A stretch of DNA of 64,000 nucleotides from positions 73,036,001-73,100,000 of the forward strand of contig OZ024743.1 of the NCBI GenBank assembly GCA_964016885.1, read 5' to 3'. Numbering within the stretch: the stretch's first letter is position 1; each line of letters starts with the position of its first letter. Shown piece after piece: positions 25,085 to 37,905 of this stretch. The notes under the pieces were generated by a model. It made no database searches. It saw only the letters and a program-made list of their open reading frames with translations, and was not told where the DNA came from. The translations under genes and the position numbers were made by a program. The DNA is from Eledone cirrhosa. Lineage: Eukaryota.

Positions 25085-25800
25085 TTCATCGACCCTGTAA
25101 AAATGAAAGGCAAATCTGACCTCCTCGGGATTTGAACAGTGAACCAAAGGTAAACTTGGTGGGTTTAATAATTGTTTCTACATTTACCACAAGGCCAGCA
25201 ATTTAAACGGAAGGGTACGTCGATTAAATCTACCCCAATATGTGACTGGTACGTTATTCAATCGACCTCATAAGGATAAAAGGCAAAGGTAACCGTGGTG
25301 GGATTAGTAATAATCGTTTCTTATATAGGCACAAGGCCTGCAATTTGGGGGGAGAGGAAGGGGAATAAATCGACCCCAGTGCGTGACCGGTACTTTATTT
25401 TATCGACCCCGTAAGGATGAAAGGCAAAAATAACCTCAGCAGGATTTAAACTCAGAACGCAAAGAGCCGTAACTTTATGCTGCAAAGCATGGTGTCTGAC
25501 ACTCTACCGATACTGCCAATCCACCGAGATTAGTAATAATTGTTTCTACTATTGGCACAAGGCCAACAATTACCCAGTAGATTACCGATACTGCCAATTT
25601 ACATAGTAATAATTGTTTCTACTTTTGGCACAAGGCCAGCAATTACCCAGTGTATTACTGGTACTTTATTTTATCGACCCCATAAGGATGAAAGGCAAAG
25701 TTAACCTCGGCGGGATTTGAACTCAGAATGGCAAGGGCCGTAACTCTATGCGTCAAAGCATGGCGTCCGACCCTCTACCGATACTGCCAATCCACTGGAT
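25085..25800 (-). mobile_element. Head-to-tail cluster of about 5 SINE family A copies
   Basis: Units start at about 25085, 25170, 25310, 25535 and 25607, separated by tagtaataat spacers; 25607-25796 is full length. Confidence 0.85.
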
Positions 25801-25999
25801 AGTAATAATGAGAGATTTTTATGAATAAAATGAAGAATAAAGAAAAAACAACAGAAATGGATGAAAATATAAAATTGAAATTGAAAGCATATCTGTAGAA
25901 TGCTATGTTAAATGATTAGAAAACACTAATGGAGAGAAAGTGAAGAATCAGCATTCAGAAAACTACTTAAGAGGCACTCGAGATATAGCCGAGACCTAA

Positions 26000-26620
26000 A
26001 CACAAGATCAAAGCCTCCGCACCAGAAACCACCAATAGTACATAATGAAGCAAGTAACAGTAAAGGTGGAATATGTGGAGATAAAGAAAACATTAACCTC
26101 TTCGTCTCTAGTTACCCAATCATAGCCAAAAAATAAATACACAAACAGGCATGATAGATTTTGTGAAATTTACATAAACTTAAAGTCAAACCAATACTAC
26201 GAAATACCAACTGAAAGAAATGAGGTATAGATATACACTGTAAACAGAATCAGAGAATGACAAAGCAATCGTACTCTGGGATATGCCGATAGGCACATAC
26301 AACGAAATCCATGCCAAGTGACTGGATATTATAGACAAAGCCCATAAAGAAATATTTTCTAATTAACGTATTAAATCCCAGATAACACTGTATATCTCAA
26401 AGAAATGGAGAAAGTATCTAAATATAAAGATATAGAGATACAAATAACTCGAAGGTAGACAATGAAAACAGAAACAATACCTATAATAGTAGGTGCTCTG
26501 AGAAAGATAATAATAAACACAGATACATATAAAAAGCCTCAGGATATACAAATACAACATAAATCAAATAGCATTACTAGACACTAGACTCATATTACAA
26601 AGTGTAATCTTAATACAATA
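26000..26620 (+). pseudogene. Decayed R4/Dong RLE domain
   Basis: QDQSLRTRNHQ, YTNRHD, DKAIVLWDMPIGT..EIHAK*LDII and KEMEKVSKYKDIEIQITRR*TMKTETIPIIVGAL align by eye to the 4565-5248 ORF (QDQCLPTKNYQ...EKLSKYKDLEIEIGKMWKLRTKTIPVVVGAL). Confidence 0.8.
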
Positions 26621-26699
26621 GAATCAACACAATACTGCACACACATTTGGTGCATACAGCTTTGTTTGGTAATGCAGTTACGACATACAATAACAATAA

Positions 26700-27840
26700 G
26701 CACAAGACCAACAATTTGGCGGGAGGCGAAAGTCGAATAAATCGACTCCGTTGCATTACTGGTACTTTATTTTACCGAATATGTAAGGATGAAAGGCAAA
26801 GCTAACCTCGACAGGATATGAACAGAAAACGTAAAGTGCCATAACTCTATGCCGCAAAGCATGAGATATATTGATAATACTCGGTATTATTCTGCCTCAT
26901 ACCAATCACATCCTTCATATATTATTTAGGAAACTTTCATTCTATGCCCACTCTTTACAACTCAGTGCGTAAATGGCCGTAACTCTATGCCACGAAGCTC
27001 TACTGATACTGACAATCCATCGCCCTAAGACTAATAATAATAATAATTGTTTCTACTTTTGGCACAAGGCCAGCAAATACCAGTGCATTACTGGTACTTT
27101 ATTTTATCGACCCCGTAAAGATGAAAGGCAAACTTAACCTCGGCGGGATTTGAACTCAGAATGGCAAGGGGCGTAACTCTATGCATCAAAGCATGGCGTC
27201 CGACCCTCTACCGATACAGCCAATCCACCGCCATAATCCACCGCCATAATCCACTAATAATAATAATAATAATAATAATTGTTTCTACTTTTTCGCACAA
27301 GGCCAGCATTTATCCCAGTGCATAAAAGGAGGTAAAGAACCGTCACTCTTTGCTGCAAAGCATGGCGTCCGAACTTCTACCGATACTGCCAAATAATAAT
27401 GACTTCTACTATAGGCCCAAGGCTAGCAATTTTAAGTCCATTAAAATCGACTCCAGTTCCAGACTGGTACTTTATTTTATCGACTCTGTAAGGATGAAAG
27501 GCATAGTTAATCTCGGCGGTATTTGAACTCAGATGATAAAGGGCCGTTACTCTATCTTGCAAAGCATGGCGTCCGACCCTCTACCGATACTGCCAATCCA
27601 CTACCCTGCCATAAAATAGTTTCTTCTATAGGCACAAGGCCAGAAATTTGGGGGGAGTGGAAAGTCGATTAAGTCAACCCAGTGCGTGACTGGTACTTTA
27701 TTTTATCGACGCCGTAAGGAGGAAATGCAAAGTTAACCTCGGTGGAATTTGAACTCAGACCGTAAAGGACCGTAACTCTTTGCGGCAAAGCATGGCGTCC
27801 GACCCTCTACCGATTCTGCCAATCCACGGCCCTGCCAAAT
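26700..27840 (-). mobile_element. Head-to-tail cluster of about 6 SINE family A copies with (TAA)n spacers
   Basis: Repeated catggcgtccgaccctctaccgatactgccaatcca heads and ggcacaaggccagca tails; (TAA)n at 27032-27047 and 27255-27279. Confidence 0.85.
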
Positions 27841-28134
27841 AATAATAACAATTGTAATTGAGAACAAAAACAATAACACTTAATGAACATCACGTTTAGG
27901 TTTGGGGCTGTTTCCTGTTTCCAGCTGACAGACTGATGAATGCAATATCCTGGAATAGTGAGCGTCATGTTCTGAAAGAGGCTGTCTACCTCACAAAGCA
28001 CAGTCTAGCTCCATTCGGATCGCAATAAGCAGATTATTTGTTGGGTGACCCAGGAATCGAAATGCTTTCCCTGTTAACTGTCAGACGATAAACCAATCAA
28101 AGTTAACACAAGTAGTGTGATATTTAAAACATAT

Positions 28135-28316
28135 TGGCAGTACCGGTAGACGGTCGGACGCCATGCTTTGCAGCATAGAGTTGCGCCCCTTTATGGTCTG
28201 AGTTCAAATCCCGCCGAGGTTAACTTTGCTTTTCATTCTTACGGGGTCGATAAAATAAAGTGCCAGTAATGAACTGGAATAATTGCTGGCCTTTTGCCAA
28301 AAGTAGAAACAATTAT
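28135..28316 (+). mobile_element. SINE family A (further copies at about 43030-43197 plus, 56665-56740 plus, 61865-62076 minus)
   Basis: tggcagtaccggtag..gtcggacgccatgc...gagttcaaatcccgccgaggttaactttgc...aaagtagaaacaatt. Confidence 0.85.
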
Positions 28317-30079
28317 TTGGGTTAGTAATGTAAGTCCGTGTATTTTACAGACCCGGTCTTGATGCAGATTTGGTTGGTGTCAATAAGACCAAGGATGATC
28401 GAAAACACTGCATATTGGAAATTAATAAAATTATCGCATTTTCGTTTTCGGTTAAATATCCAGAAATCAATCTAAACATTTAAAAGCAATATTAAGAACG
28501 TCGACAAATCAGTAGTAACAGCAACAATACTACCAACATATAAGAGTAAATACAACAATAACAGAACGTACAGTACAGCAGAAGAACTAAGATAATTATC
28601 AGCCACAAACATCAATGATTGTAAAATAGCCGCAAAATAAACATTAGATATGCAACTACAAACTTCAACAGAAATAATATCAACATCAATATTTAAATTA
28701 TAAAGTAAACTAAAACTAGAGGCTAAATGGTATTTACAAATACCAACATCAAAAATAATGATAACAGTGATTTGGTTTGTTGGCCAGAGGAGACCATGTC
28801 TTTTACTCTATAAATTCGAAGTGCAAGAAACAAACAGTAAGATTTATTTTAAAAGCAGCGTGGCCGAAGAGTTATGAGGTTCACCCACGCATTGAAATTG
28901 TCAGGTACCGGGTTCGATCCGAATGCGTCGAAGTTTTTTTTTATGGGAGGAGCGTAGCCGAAGAGTTAAGGGTTAAGAAGCTCACCTCGCAAAAATCGGT
29001 AGGTCTCGGGTTCGATCCAAACGCGTTGAAGGTTGGTCATGTTTCGTTTACTATAGCCTCGGATCGACCAATAACTTTCATGCTGTAATTCCAGCTTCAT
29101 CATACAGTGTGGTGGGGAATCTCCCTAAGAATTACTTAAATGATAAGTCACACGTTGATTTCATGAAGAGGCTTCTCTGTTCATTGAACAACTTGAATAG
29201 TCATTGTCGAAATCGATGAAGGTCCATTGATTCATCGTTTTTTTTATTGTTGTTTTTTTACATAGATTAAATCTAAGAGGTTAGCAATAACCTTAAAGTC
29301 AGAGAGATAAGAATAATTTGAAATAATAGTAAAGAGATTTCCGTCGGTTTCGACGATGAATGTATCAAGGAGGGAAGAAACAATGCCCATTACCCTTTTC
29401 AGTGCTTACTTGGTTAATTGGAATGAAGAAAGTGGGGTATCCTCAAGCTGGAGATCTGCCGCAGAATGAATTACACTAAAGCCAATCAAAGTTCACGTGC
29501 TGGAGTTAAACTAAACAAGATATCCACCATCCAAGTAGGTTACAGGAATATTTGGATCTGAAACGCAAAGATTCTAAACAAACACTATCAGCCATCATCT
29601 GATGCTCTGACATTTCCACCAACCAACCACACATGTTTTGTATTTTATTTTATCGAGCTTGAAAAGATGAATGACAAAATTGACCTCAGTAGGATTTGAA
29701 CTCAGCGTACAGAGACGATAATACGCCGTGATGAATTTATCTTCTGCTTAACAGAATCTGCTAGTTCGTCTCTAAAACCTTGATAAGAACTCATCACACA
29801 TGTCCAACATTTGAAAAATATAAGAGGAATGTAATACATATTGCATTAGGCTTTAAACTACCCGGCTATAAATCACCCAAAATATCTAATACAGCTGAAT
29901 ACATTATATCGACATTTATAACATACTTCGGAGTTTAATTCAGAAAATACAAGAGATTGCAACGTATTGCTATCAAGGAACAATAAGAAAGGAATTGCTT
30001 CTTAATCATATTGTCTATCAAAAGATTGATGTTTTTTATAAATATATGAATCTGCAACTAGAAATAACAGGAAAATTAT

Positions 30080-30727
30080 AGCTAATAAAAACCGATGAAT
30101 ATAACTATATAGAACACACAGAAAATATGACTATGGGATACTGTACACATAGTGTTAATGTATAGCGAGGAAAAAGGGGCGGTGGATTGGCAGAATCGGT
30201 AGAGAGTCGGACGCCATGCTTTGCAGCATGGAGTTACGGCCCTTTATGATCTGAGTTCAAATCCCGTCGAGGTTAACTTTGCCTTTCATCCTTACGGGGT
30301 CGATAAAATAAAGTACCAGTCACGCACTGGGGTCGCTTTAATCGACTTCCCCTCCCCCCAAACTGCTGGCCTTGTGTCTATATAAGAAACCAATATATAG
30401 CGAGGAATTATAGCTATACAAAATAGGCACTGTACACATAGTGTTAATAAGAACCGATGAATTACAGCTATACACAATAGGCACTGTACAACTGTTAATA
30501 AGAACCGAGGAATACACCTATACACAATAGGTACTGTACAACTGTTAATAAGAACCGAGGAATACACCTATACACAATAGGTACTGTACAGCTGTTAATA
30601 AGAACCGAGGAATACACCTATACACAATAGGTACTGTACAGCTGTTAATAAGAACCGAGGAATACACCTATACACAATAGGTACTGTACAGCTGTTAATA
30701 AGAACCGATGAATACACCTATACACAC
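30080..30727. repeat. 50-bp minisatellite interrupted by a SINE
   Basis: Unit ctgttaataagaaccgaggaatacacctatacacaataggtactgtaca(a/g) recurs at exact 50-bp spacing (30491, 30541, 30591, 30641, 30691). Degenerate units lie at about 30080-30170. Confidence 0.9.
30173..30395 (+). mobile_element. Full-length SINE family A with 12-bp target-site duplication
   Basis: tatagcgaggaa at 30161-30172 and 30396-30407 flanks gggcggtggattggcag...ccttgtgtctatataagaaac. Confidence 0.85.
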
Positions 30728-31308
30728 CACAGAGAAAACAACACTATTAAGCTCTGTACAGATAGTACTTAGCGGAAGCTTAATACAAATTTTAAAAAGC
30801 TGACAACAAATACTCATGTAGCCAAGGTCATGAAAACAGCGCTCGGTAGTGTTATGGAAGCACGCAATTAAATTAAAAATATAGAATGATGATAAACAAA
30901 ACAATAATTGTTGATATCGTTAACTGAATGTCTATATTTCATTAATATTTCCTTATTTGTTTCGATATATTTTAGTTATATGTACTTATCGATATATGTT
31001 TGATGTTTGTAATGGTGTTTTAATTCAACGAAAAGCCAACATATTTACATTGAAAGGAACAAGACGGAACTCTAATATAATTATGGTAAAACTAATTACA
31101 CCCGAACATAGCTGTCTATAATGAATTACACTCCATTAAGATTGAGAAAGTTTTCTAGTCTAAGGTCAACTATGTTCGAGAAACTCTTCCTGGTGCTGTT
31201 TAAGTGCTAATTCAGTAATTATACAGTACCACGATTAATGTTTATAATTATAAGTAAATTAGATATAAACAAATGTTACGAGAGAAAACAATTATATAAA
31301 AGTATCCC

Positions 31309-31369
<61 letters not shown>

Positions 31370-31417
31370 AAGAGTCGGGACACGACAGCTGAGCTCCTGC
31401 TGCTTCAAAAGCTAATT

Positions 31418-31567
<150 letters not shown>

Positions 31568-31569
31568 AA

Positions 31570-32894
31570 ACACTTGGTACGAGTGATGAAGAACGTGACC
31601 CGCATGTGCGACCCAACACAAATGGAATGACACATCCAACACTTCATCAACCGCATGCAGTTCTCTGGCTACAACCAAAGAGACAGAATCAGAGTATACG
31701 AAGGAGCCACGGAGAAGTATAAGACCCTCATAGAACTGGACATGAAAGGAATTTGCCCATTTACAGGAGCAAATCATGGAATAGCTTAGATAGGACTAGA
31801 CATAAGATAGGGAAAGCCACCTCATGGTACGACAACCAGAGATACCAGAGTGTCATGTTTGTGGACGCTACCCCTGGAGAGAAATTAGCTAACCAGTGTA
31901 GAAAGGCCCTGAGAAAGACCCACTTAAAGATTAAGGTTGGAGAAAAGCCAGGAACCACCATAAAATCCTTGATCAGCAAAACCTACCCTTTTAAGGAAAC
32001 CCACTGTACTAATAGGAAATGTATTATATGTAGAATAAACCCCCTGGAAAAACTGTAAAACTAGAAACGTAATCTATGACATAAGATGTACATAGGGTAC
32101 TTGCAGAAACATGACAACAACATACATAGGCGAGACAGCTCGTAGCATAGGTGAAAGGATAGACCAACACTGGGGGAAACTAAAAGGACGAAAAAACGGT
32201 TCAGTACTATACGAACATGCCAGACAACACGACGGTAACACAGACCACATAGAAATTAAAATAATATCTAAACATAGAAATGACCCAGCAGATAGGCAAA
32301 TCAGAGAGGCCAGCGAAATAGAAATTAGAATGCCAAGGCTAAACAGAAACAACGAATGGAATAACAACAACACCCAAACAAACAACACTGTCCTAAGAGA
32401 AGTATAAATAAATAAATAAATACATATACAAGCACAATAACAACAAACACATATAAACACACACTAGTAAACCAAGATAGAATACAATAACCAGTACACA
32501 GTCGCGCAAAGACGAACACACGTCAAACAAAACACTATACACACACGCAAACGCATGCGCACAGAAGACAAAAAATAAATAAATAAATAAATAAATAAAT
32601 AAACAGACTAAATAAAGATGGCGTAGGCATACAATACAACGGGAGGAAACATAATAGAACCACTGACGATCTTGCAGATGTGCAACGAAAGAACTTTGTT
32701 AGACTATATATATGTGTTTGTGTCTATATTGTATCTGTATTTTTGACCGTTGATCAGTTCATGGTAACATTGAGGACCGAATAAATTAAATTAACCGATA
32801 TAAAAGACACAGAAGCGAAAACCAACCAAACAGTGAGTGTGTCTGTTATTAATTCTGGCAATATTAATACACAAATATGACCCTCCCCAAGTAT

Positions 32895-32900
<6 letters not shown>
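31570..32900 (+). mobile_element. 5'-truncated Penelope-like element: RT thumb, Cys-rich linker, GIY-YIG endonuclease, 3' pLTR
   Basis: RMQFSGY...CP/IYRSKSW...SVMFVDATPGEKLA...CTNRKCIIC...NVIYDIRC...YIGETARSIGERIDQH...HARQH...RQIREA...LNRNNEW, with stops and frameshifts. Flanked by (TA)n. HHR-like ctgacga-t.ttgc..gcaac-gaaa-gaac-tt at 32663-32696. Clade (Neptune/Nematis-type linker) not verified. Confidence 0.85.
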
Positions 32901-32942
<42 letters not shown>

Positions 32943-33080
32943 ATACTTTGGGAGGGTCATGTTGCCAATAAGAAACACACGCACCAGTTGCTTTCACTTC
33001 AATTTATTATAATAAATTTATAAATTTATAAATTTCTGGTTGGTTGGTTGGTTCCACAACTAGACGATTGTTCATATATT

Positions 33081-33123
33081 GTCAAAGTTCTTTCGTCACA
33101 CATTCTGTGACCTCTTCAGTGAC
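33081..33123 (-). ncRNA. Minimal type-I hammerhead, intact, in a pLTR (about 32937-33210) facing the previous element across (TA)n
   Basis: Minus strand: gtca-CTGAAGA-g-gtcaca-gaatg-tgtgac-GAAA-gaac-TT-tgac. Confidence 0.8.
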
Positions 33124-33637
33124 TGGGGATTCTTTTCTTTGTTTTTGTGCCTCTCCTTTGTTCTGTCCTACGCCATTCTGTTTCTGTGTGTGTGTTCACA
33201 CACAGAGTTTTATTTCATTAGATGACCTTTGATGAGTATATAATGGCAGGGGTGTTTTTCTTATTCGTTTCTTATTAAGCTGAATTAACTCTTTTAAATT
33301 TATAAAGAATACTTTCTACAAATTTCTATATCAAAGATGAATTTAGGTGCGTGTCTGGTGGTGGTGGGTTTTAATGAGGTGTAAGATACATCTTTTGATA
33401 AGAATGGTATCACAGTAAAAAGCGAAAGAAAGAAGGATAGTTTTGGAACATTTGTCAGATATCTATGTTGTTGATATTGGTTTGGGAGAGGAAGTGTTTG
33501 GAAGGGGGATACATGCTAGCTCACATATTCATTTCCGTATATGCAAATATATTTACAGTCCATATATATTGCATACATACACACATACATACACACACAT
33601 ATCTACACACGTATATATATATATATAAAAAAAATAT

Positions 33638-33822
33638 TGACCCCGACGGCAGAGCTCAAGCCGTTTCGACGGCTATTTCTGAGTCCAGAAATAGCCGTCG
33701 AAACGGCTTGAGCTCTGCCGTCGGTGTCATACTTTTTATTATTTCCCACTCTACTACCCTAAGTATTGAGTACTCTGGTGCGTTATGGTCCATCTGGTTC
33801 CTTACCACAATTCCTTTGTTAT
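33638..33822 (+). mobile_element. pLTR 3'-end fragment with a 44-bp-arm hairpin at its 5' end (family also at about 35749-35890, 52223-52400, 31369-31420)
   Basis: 33638-33681 and 33686-33729 are inverted with one mismatch. The shared tail ctctactaccctaagtattgagta.ctggtgcgttatggtccatctggtt..ttaccaca..tcctttgtta runs into (TA)n. Confidence 0.75.
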
Positions 33823-34066
33823 ATACATACATATATGTATATATATACACATACACATATATACACACATGCATACGCATATACATACACATACACACAT
33901 ATATACACCCACATATATATATATATATATACATACAGATGCATACACGCACATATACATGTACATACATAAACACACACACACATATATATATATATAA
34001 ATATATATATATATATTATTCAAAATATTAACACATGAAAGATATTCACATAATCAAAATATATGC

Positions 34067-34130
34067 TTTATTATATATATTTTAAAGGTACTGTGTTGTT
34101 TTTTTCAGTACGTCTTCATCAGATAAAATA
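34067..34130 (-). ncRNA. Hammerhead motif, GAAA mutated to AAAA (family with 48961, 50552, 54412)
   Basis: Minus strand: tattttat-CTGATGA-agac-gtactg...cagtac-cttt-AAAA-tatata-TA-ataaa. Confidence 0.6.
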
Positions 34131-34898
34131 TATGATTTGATATATGACGTACCACTACGGTCTTGATGATACAATTCCAGTATTAGCAGTGATTTATTTC
34201 ATCAAATCTCAATGTTTATATACCACAAATAATATGATAAACTTAAAGAAGAAAAGGACGTAGAGCAAATTAGAGATATGAGAGAGGGTGTAAATAGGAG
34301 GAAAAGCAAGAATAAATAAATAAATACATATATAAATACATAAATAGATAAGAGAATGAATGAGTAAAAGAAATATATAAAAATGAAAAGAGGAATAACG
34401 ACAACAGATGGAAAGTGTAAGGAAAGTAAAGGGAACAGAGAATGGGGGGGGGGTAAAGAAAGATAAAGAAAAATAAAGGAAACATCAAATGGAGGGGGAT
34501 AGAGATAAAAACCGTTGTTTTCAAATGCTAGATCAAATAGGACATCCAATCAATTTAACTAAACAATTGAATATCTTTAGTATATGATTATGCATTAGGT
34601 AATTATACTTATATATTATATCAAAATTAATCAGTATAGATTATTTTCTATAGCAATCACATATATCGTTTAATTGAAAATGTATATAATTTAATTTAAC
34701 TCTTTATAAATTATTATTTTCAATTTTAAGGTAAGATATTCGATAAATATTTTGTTACAACTTTAAAAGAATTAATTTTTAAAGCGTATTTAAATAATTA
34801 TTAGATATGTATTAAAACCTAATACCATACATAAATCAGCATCAATACGTATAATATATTTAGATCCTATATTACTCTAATTATTTAATTATGATATT

Positions 34899-35508
34899 CT
34901 CTAATGAAGCTTGGCCCTTTTTTACATAGGGTTTTCAGTATGATATCTAATAGGTTGCTTAGATGTTGTGTGCTTGAGGCTGGACCAGCAACAATTTTAA
35001 ATCTGTCAGTTTTGGTACTTCGACATATGATGTATTTTTGCCTTTTATGTTGTTTTGGATTTCTCCGGATGTGTGATCCTGCGGTAAACCATAGAAATTG
35101 CTGGTTTTCATTTCGTAGTTGGTTAAGTAACTGATTACCTTTTACATGAGGTTGTTTTGGTACTATGTCGTCAGTTTGCCTACTTTAATCATCGATTTTC
35201 TTTCCTCGCTTTTGCTGATTTTTCTGTAAAAATCCACGTTATTCAGCTGTTCTAGGACCATATCCTTGTAGTAGTTTTTGTCCATGATGATGATTGCTCC
35301 ACATGTGTCCGCTTCTTTTATGATTATTGAGGGGTCTATTTGTAGTTTGTTTAGTGCTAGCAGTTGGTCTGTAGGAATTTTGTGTTTGTGTTTCCTCTCT
35401 GCAATATTTGACTGTGCCGATCGTCGGAGGCAGGTTATGTATTTTTCCAGGTGTTTGTCTCTATTTAACGGAGGCCTGAAGTTCTTTTGGTTTTTTACTA
35501 GTGATTCC

Positions 35509-35510
<2 letters not shown>
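34899..35510 (-). pseudogene. Penelope-like (Neptune-type) RT N-terminal fragment
   Basis: FRPPLNRDKHLEKYI...LNKLQIDPSIIIKEADTCGAIIIMDKNYYKDMVLEQLNNVDFY (DKG motif region) and IVAGPASSTQHLSNLLDIILKTL..PSFIR. Confidence 0.8.
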
Positions 35511-35548
<38 letters not shown>

Positions 35549-35885
35549 TTATGTGTGTGTGTTACCTAACATGTACAGCAACATTGGCTCTAAGCTAATT
35601 CTAGCAATGATTTCATTCACATATTCTCCATAGACCCAATCTTAAGATCACCTACTAGATATATATTGACAACTACAATCTTCGCATATAAGGAAGTACC
35701 CCCTTGACAAGTTCGCCTATTTATTCACCAGGCTAAAAATTCTAATTTAGTCCAGAAATAGCCGTCGAAACCGCTTGAGCTCTGCCGTCGGGGTCATACT
35801 TTTTCCTATTTCCAGCTCTACTACCCTAAGTATTGAGTATGCTGGTGCGTTATGGTCCATCTGGTTCCTTGCCACAATTCCTTTG

Positions 35886-35928
<43 letters not shown>

Positions 35929-36452
35929 ATTTACACGGTATATTTTGTCAGTTTCTACATGCTGTTAAAATGTTGGCTAAATACTCTATTGGGGTCACCG
36001 CGAAGAGGTTATTTATCAAATATTTCTTCATAGGAGCCTTTATTCTTATAGCCTGGTCTAATTGATATTTTATATGGTTAATTATGCTAATTGGGAGAGG
36101 AATTAGTATATATTTTATCTAATAATTCTAAGGACATGATTTATGATATATATATATATATATGTATGTCCACGGAGTGTATTCATTTTTCCATTACCAT
36201 TATAATGACGAGCCGCGGATTACAGAATCTGGATAGATCGATACAAGCCGAGCCTTGAGCTGATCAGTGGCGAAACGCGCATCACCAACCAATAAACGTA
36301 ATAAAGGAGTAACCAATCGTCTTTGCTATTTTATTTCACCATATATATATATATATTGAGAGAAGGATAGTATAATGCAAAAATATTCCGGATAGAATAC
36401 CTGTATGTATTAAATTCTGTATGTTATTTGCAATATATATGTGTACAAAATA

Positions 36453-36487
<35 letters not shown>

Positions 36488-36679
36488 GTATAGGATTATC
36501 CAAGATGTAGTAATGGTTATTTACTACACTGGATGTGGTTGACGTACGGTAAGAGGTTACTCTACGAGTTATGGAAGAATTGTTCAAGAAACTTAGTTCC
36601 TGATCCTTCAGTATTCCGGAGTGTATATAAAGAATGAATAATAACACGTAGACATCATAAAAAGGTAATTTATTCCGTG

Positions 36680-36791
36680 TGCTTACAAGTGTTTCCACGG
36701 TGGTACTGCAGCCTAGTTCCGCTACGTGCAAATTCACAAGTACTTGCAGAACTCGAATATCCAATGCTGTGACCACGGTTTCCTCAGAGCA
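36680..36791 (-). ncRNA. Hammerhead in the inverted pLTR arm
   Basis: Reverse complement of 39315-39426. Confidence 0.7.
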
Positions 36792-37905
36792 GAATGGTAA
36801 ATGTACAATGTAAAAACCCTTAAGTGGGGTTTTTGGGGAAGATAGAGTGGAACAGGAAGAGAGAAAAGTAGGGAAGAGGGAGAGAGAAAGAAAGATATGC
36901 AGGGGTTGGAGAAGTAGGAGAGAGTGGCTTGTAGATATCTTAATCAAAATATTATGGTAGGGTTTTATTATACTGGTTACTTTTGGAGAGATGCGTTGAT
37001 AGTTAAGGTCGGAATTATTTATTTCCCCAGAGGGCCGGTTCATAGATGTTGAGAGGGAGGTAGGTCAAAGGTGAGAGAGAGAGAGTGTAATGGATGTAGA
37101 GAGAGATATAGGTAGAGAGGGGACAGATAAAGTATGTGTGGTGAGTGAACTTTTGGTTTTGTAGTAGTAGTCTAGGAATTGCACTGAGTTACCATGTATA
37201 GTGATAAGCAGTGTATTGTCTTGTAGTGTGGGGGGAAGAGAAGGTTGTTAGCTAGAAAGTGGTGTTATAGTTACGGGTTCGAATGTTAAGTTATTTTATA
37301 GTGAGAGAATTTAGCTTTTAGTTTGTGGTTGCAGTATAATGATCGTTCAATTCTATCGTTAAGTAGTTTGTTTTGGGATTTTAATATGTAAAATAGCTCA
37401 AGGTTACATAACCTGCAGTACTTCAATCCACTCCGATATGCACTTGCGCTGGAAAGTATATCCCATTTTAAGGTGAACTGTTGGTTGTGTTCACGGAGTT
37501 GCCAGGTCTTGTTGGCGAGCGTGGTCACAAAACGGTGATTCAGATGTTTGATTGAGAATCGATGACGGTACCAGCGAGATTTAAACGATGTGGTGGTAGA
37601 TCCGATATAATACCATTTCTGGTCGTTTGATTCAACCGTGCATTGGTAAACAATGTTGGACTTTAGGCATTCATTCTGCAATGGACATCTTTCAGGTAGA
37701 TGGCAGTTACATTCTTTGTTGTGGGTAGCGGGTATACCATGGATAGGTTGTGATAGCGGTACAGGTGGGTTGTGCAATACCCGTCTCCCATTTAGTGGTT
37801 GGGAGGCAGATATTGCGTTCTGCCCATCTGTTACTAAAATGTTTTGTTTTGTAGAGTTGTTTAATTGCCTTAGGTTAAGTTTTTTTATGTATGCTTCAAG
37901 GTTTG

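Noticed and set aside
30400-30727. CRISPR-like regular repeat
   Set aside because: Contiguous 50-bp units with no unique spacers, no cas genes and a eukaryotic context; it is a minisatellite.
36336-37043. 235-aa ORF (and 39159-39623)
   Set aside because: Lies in the PLE pLTR/UTR and (TA)n, overlaps the HHR and has no recognisable domain.
37653-37905. N-terminal part of the 388-aa ORF, and ORF 37943-38452
   Set aside because: Antisense read-through created by the inverted duplication.
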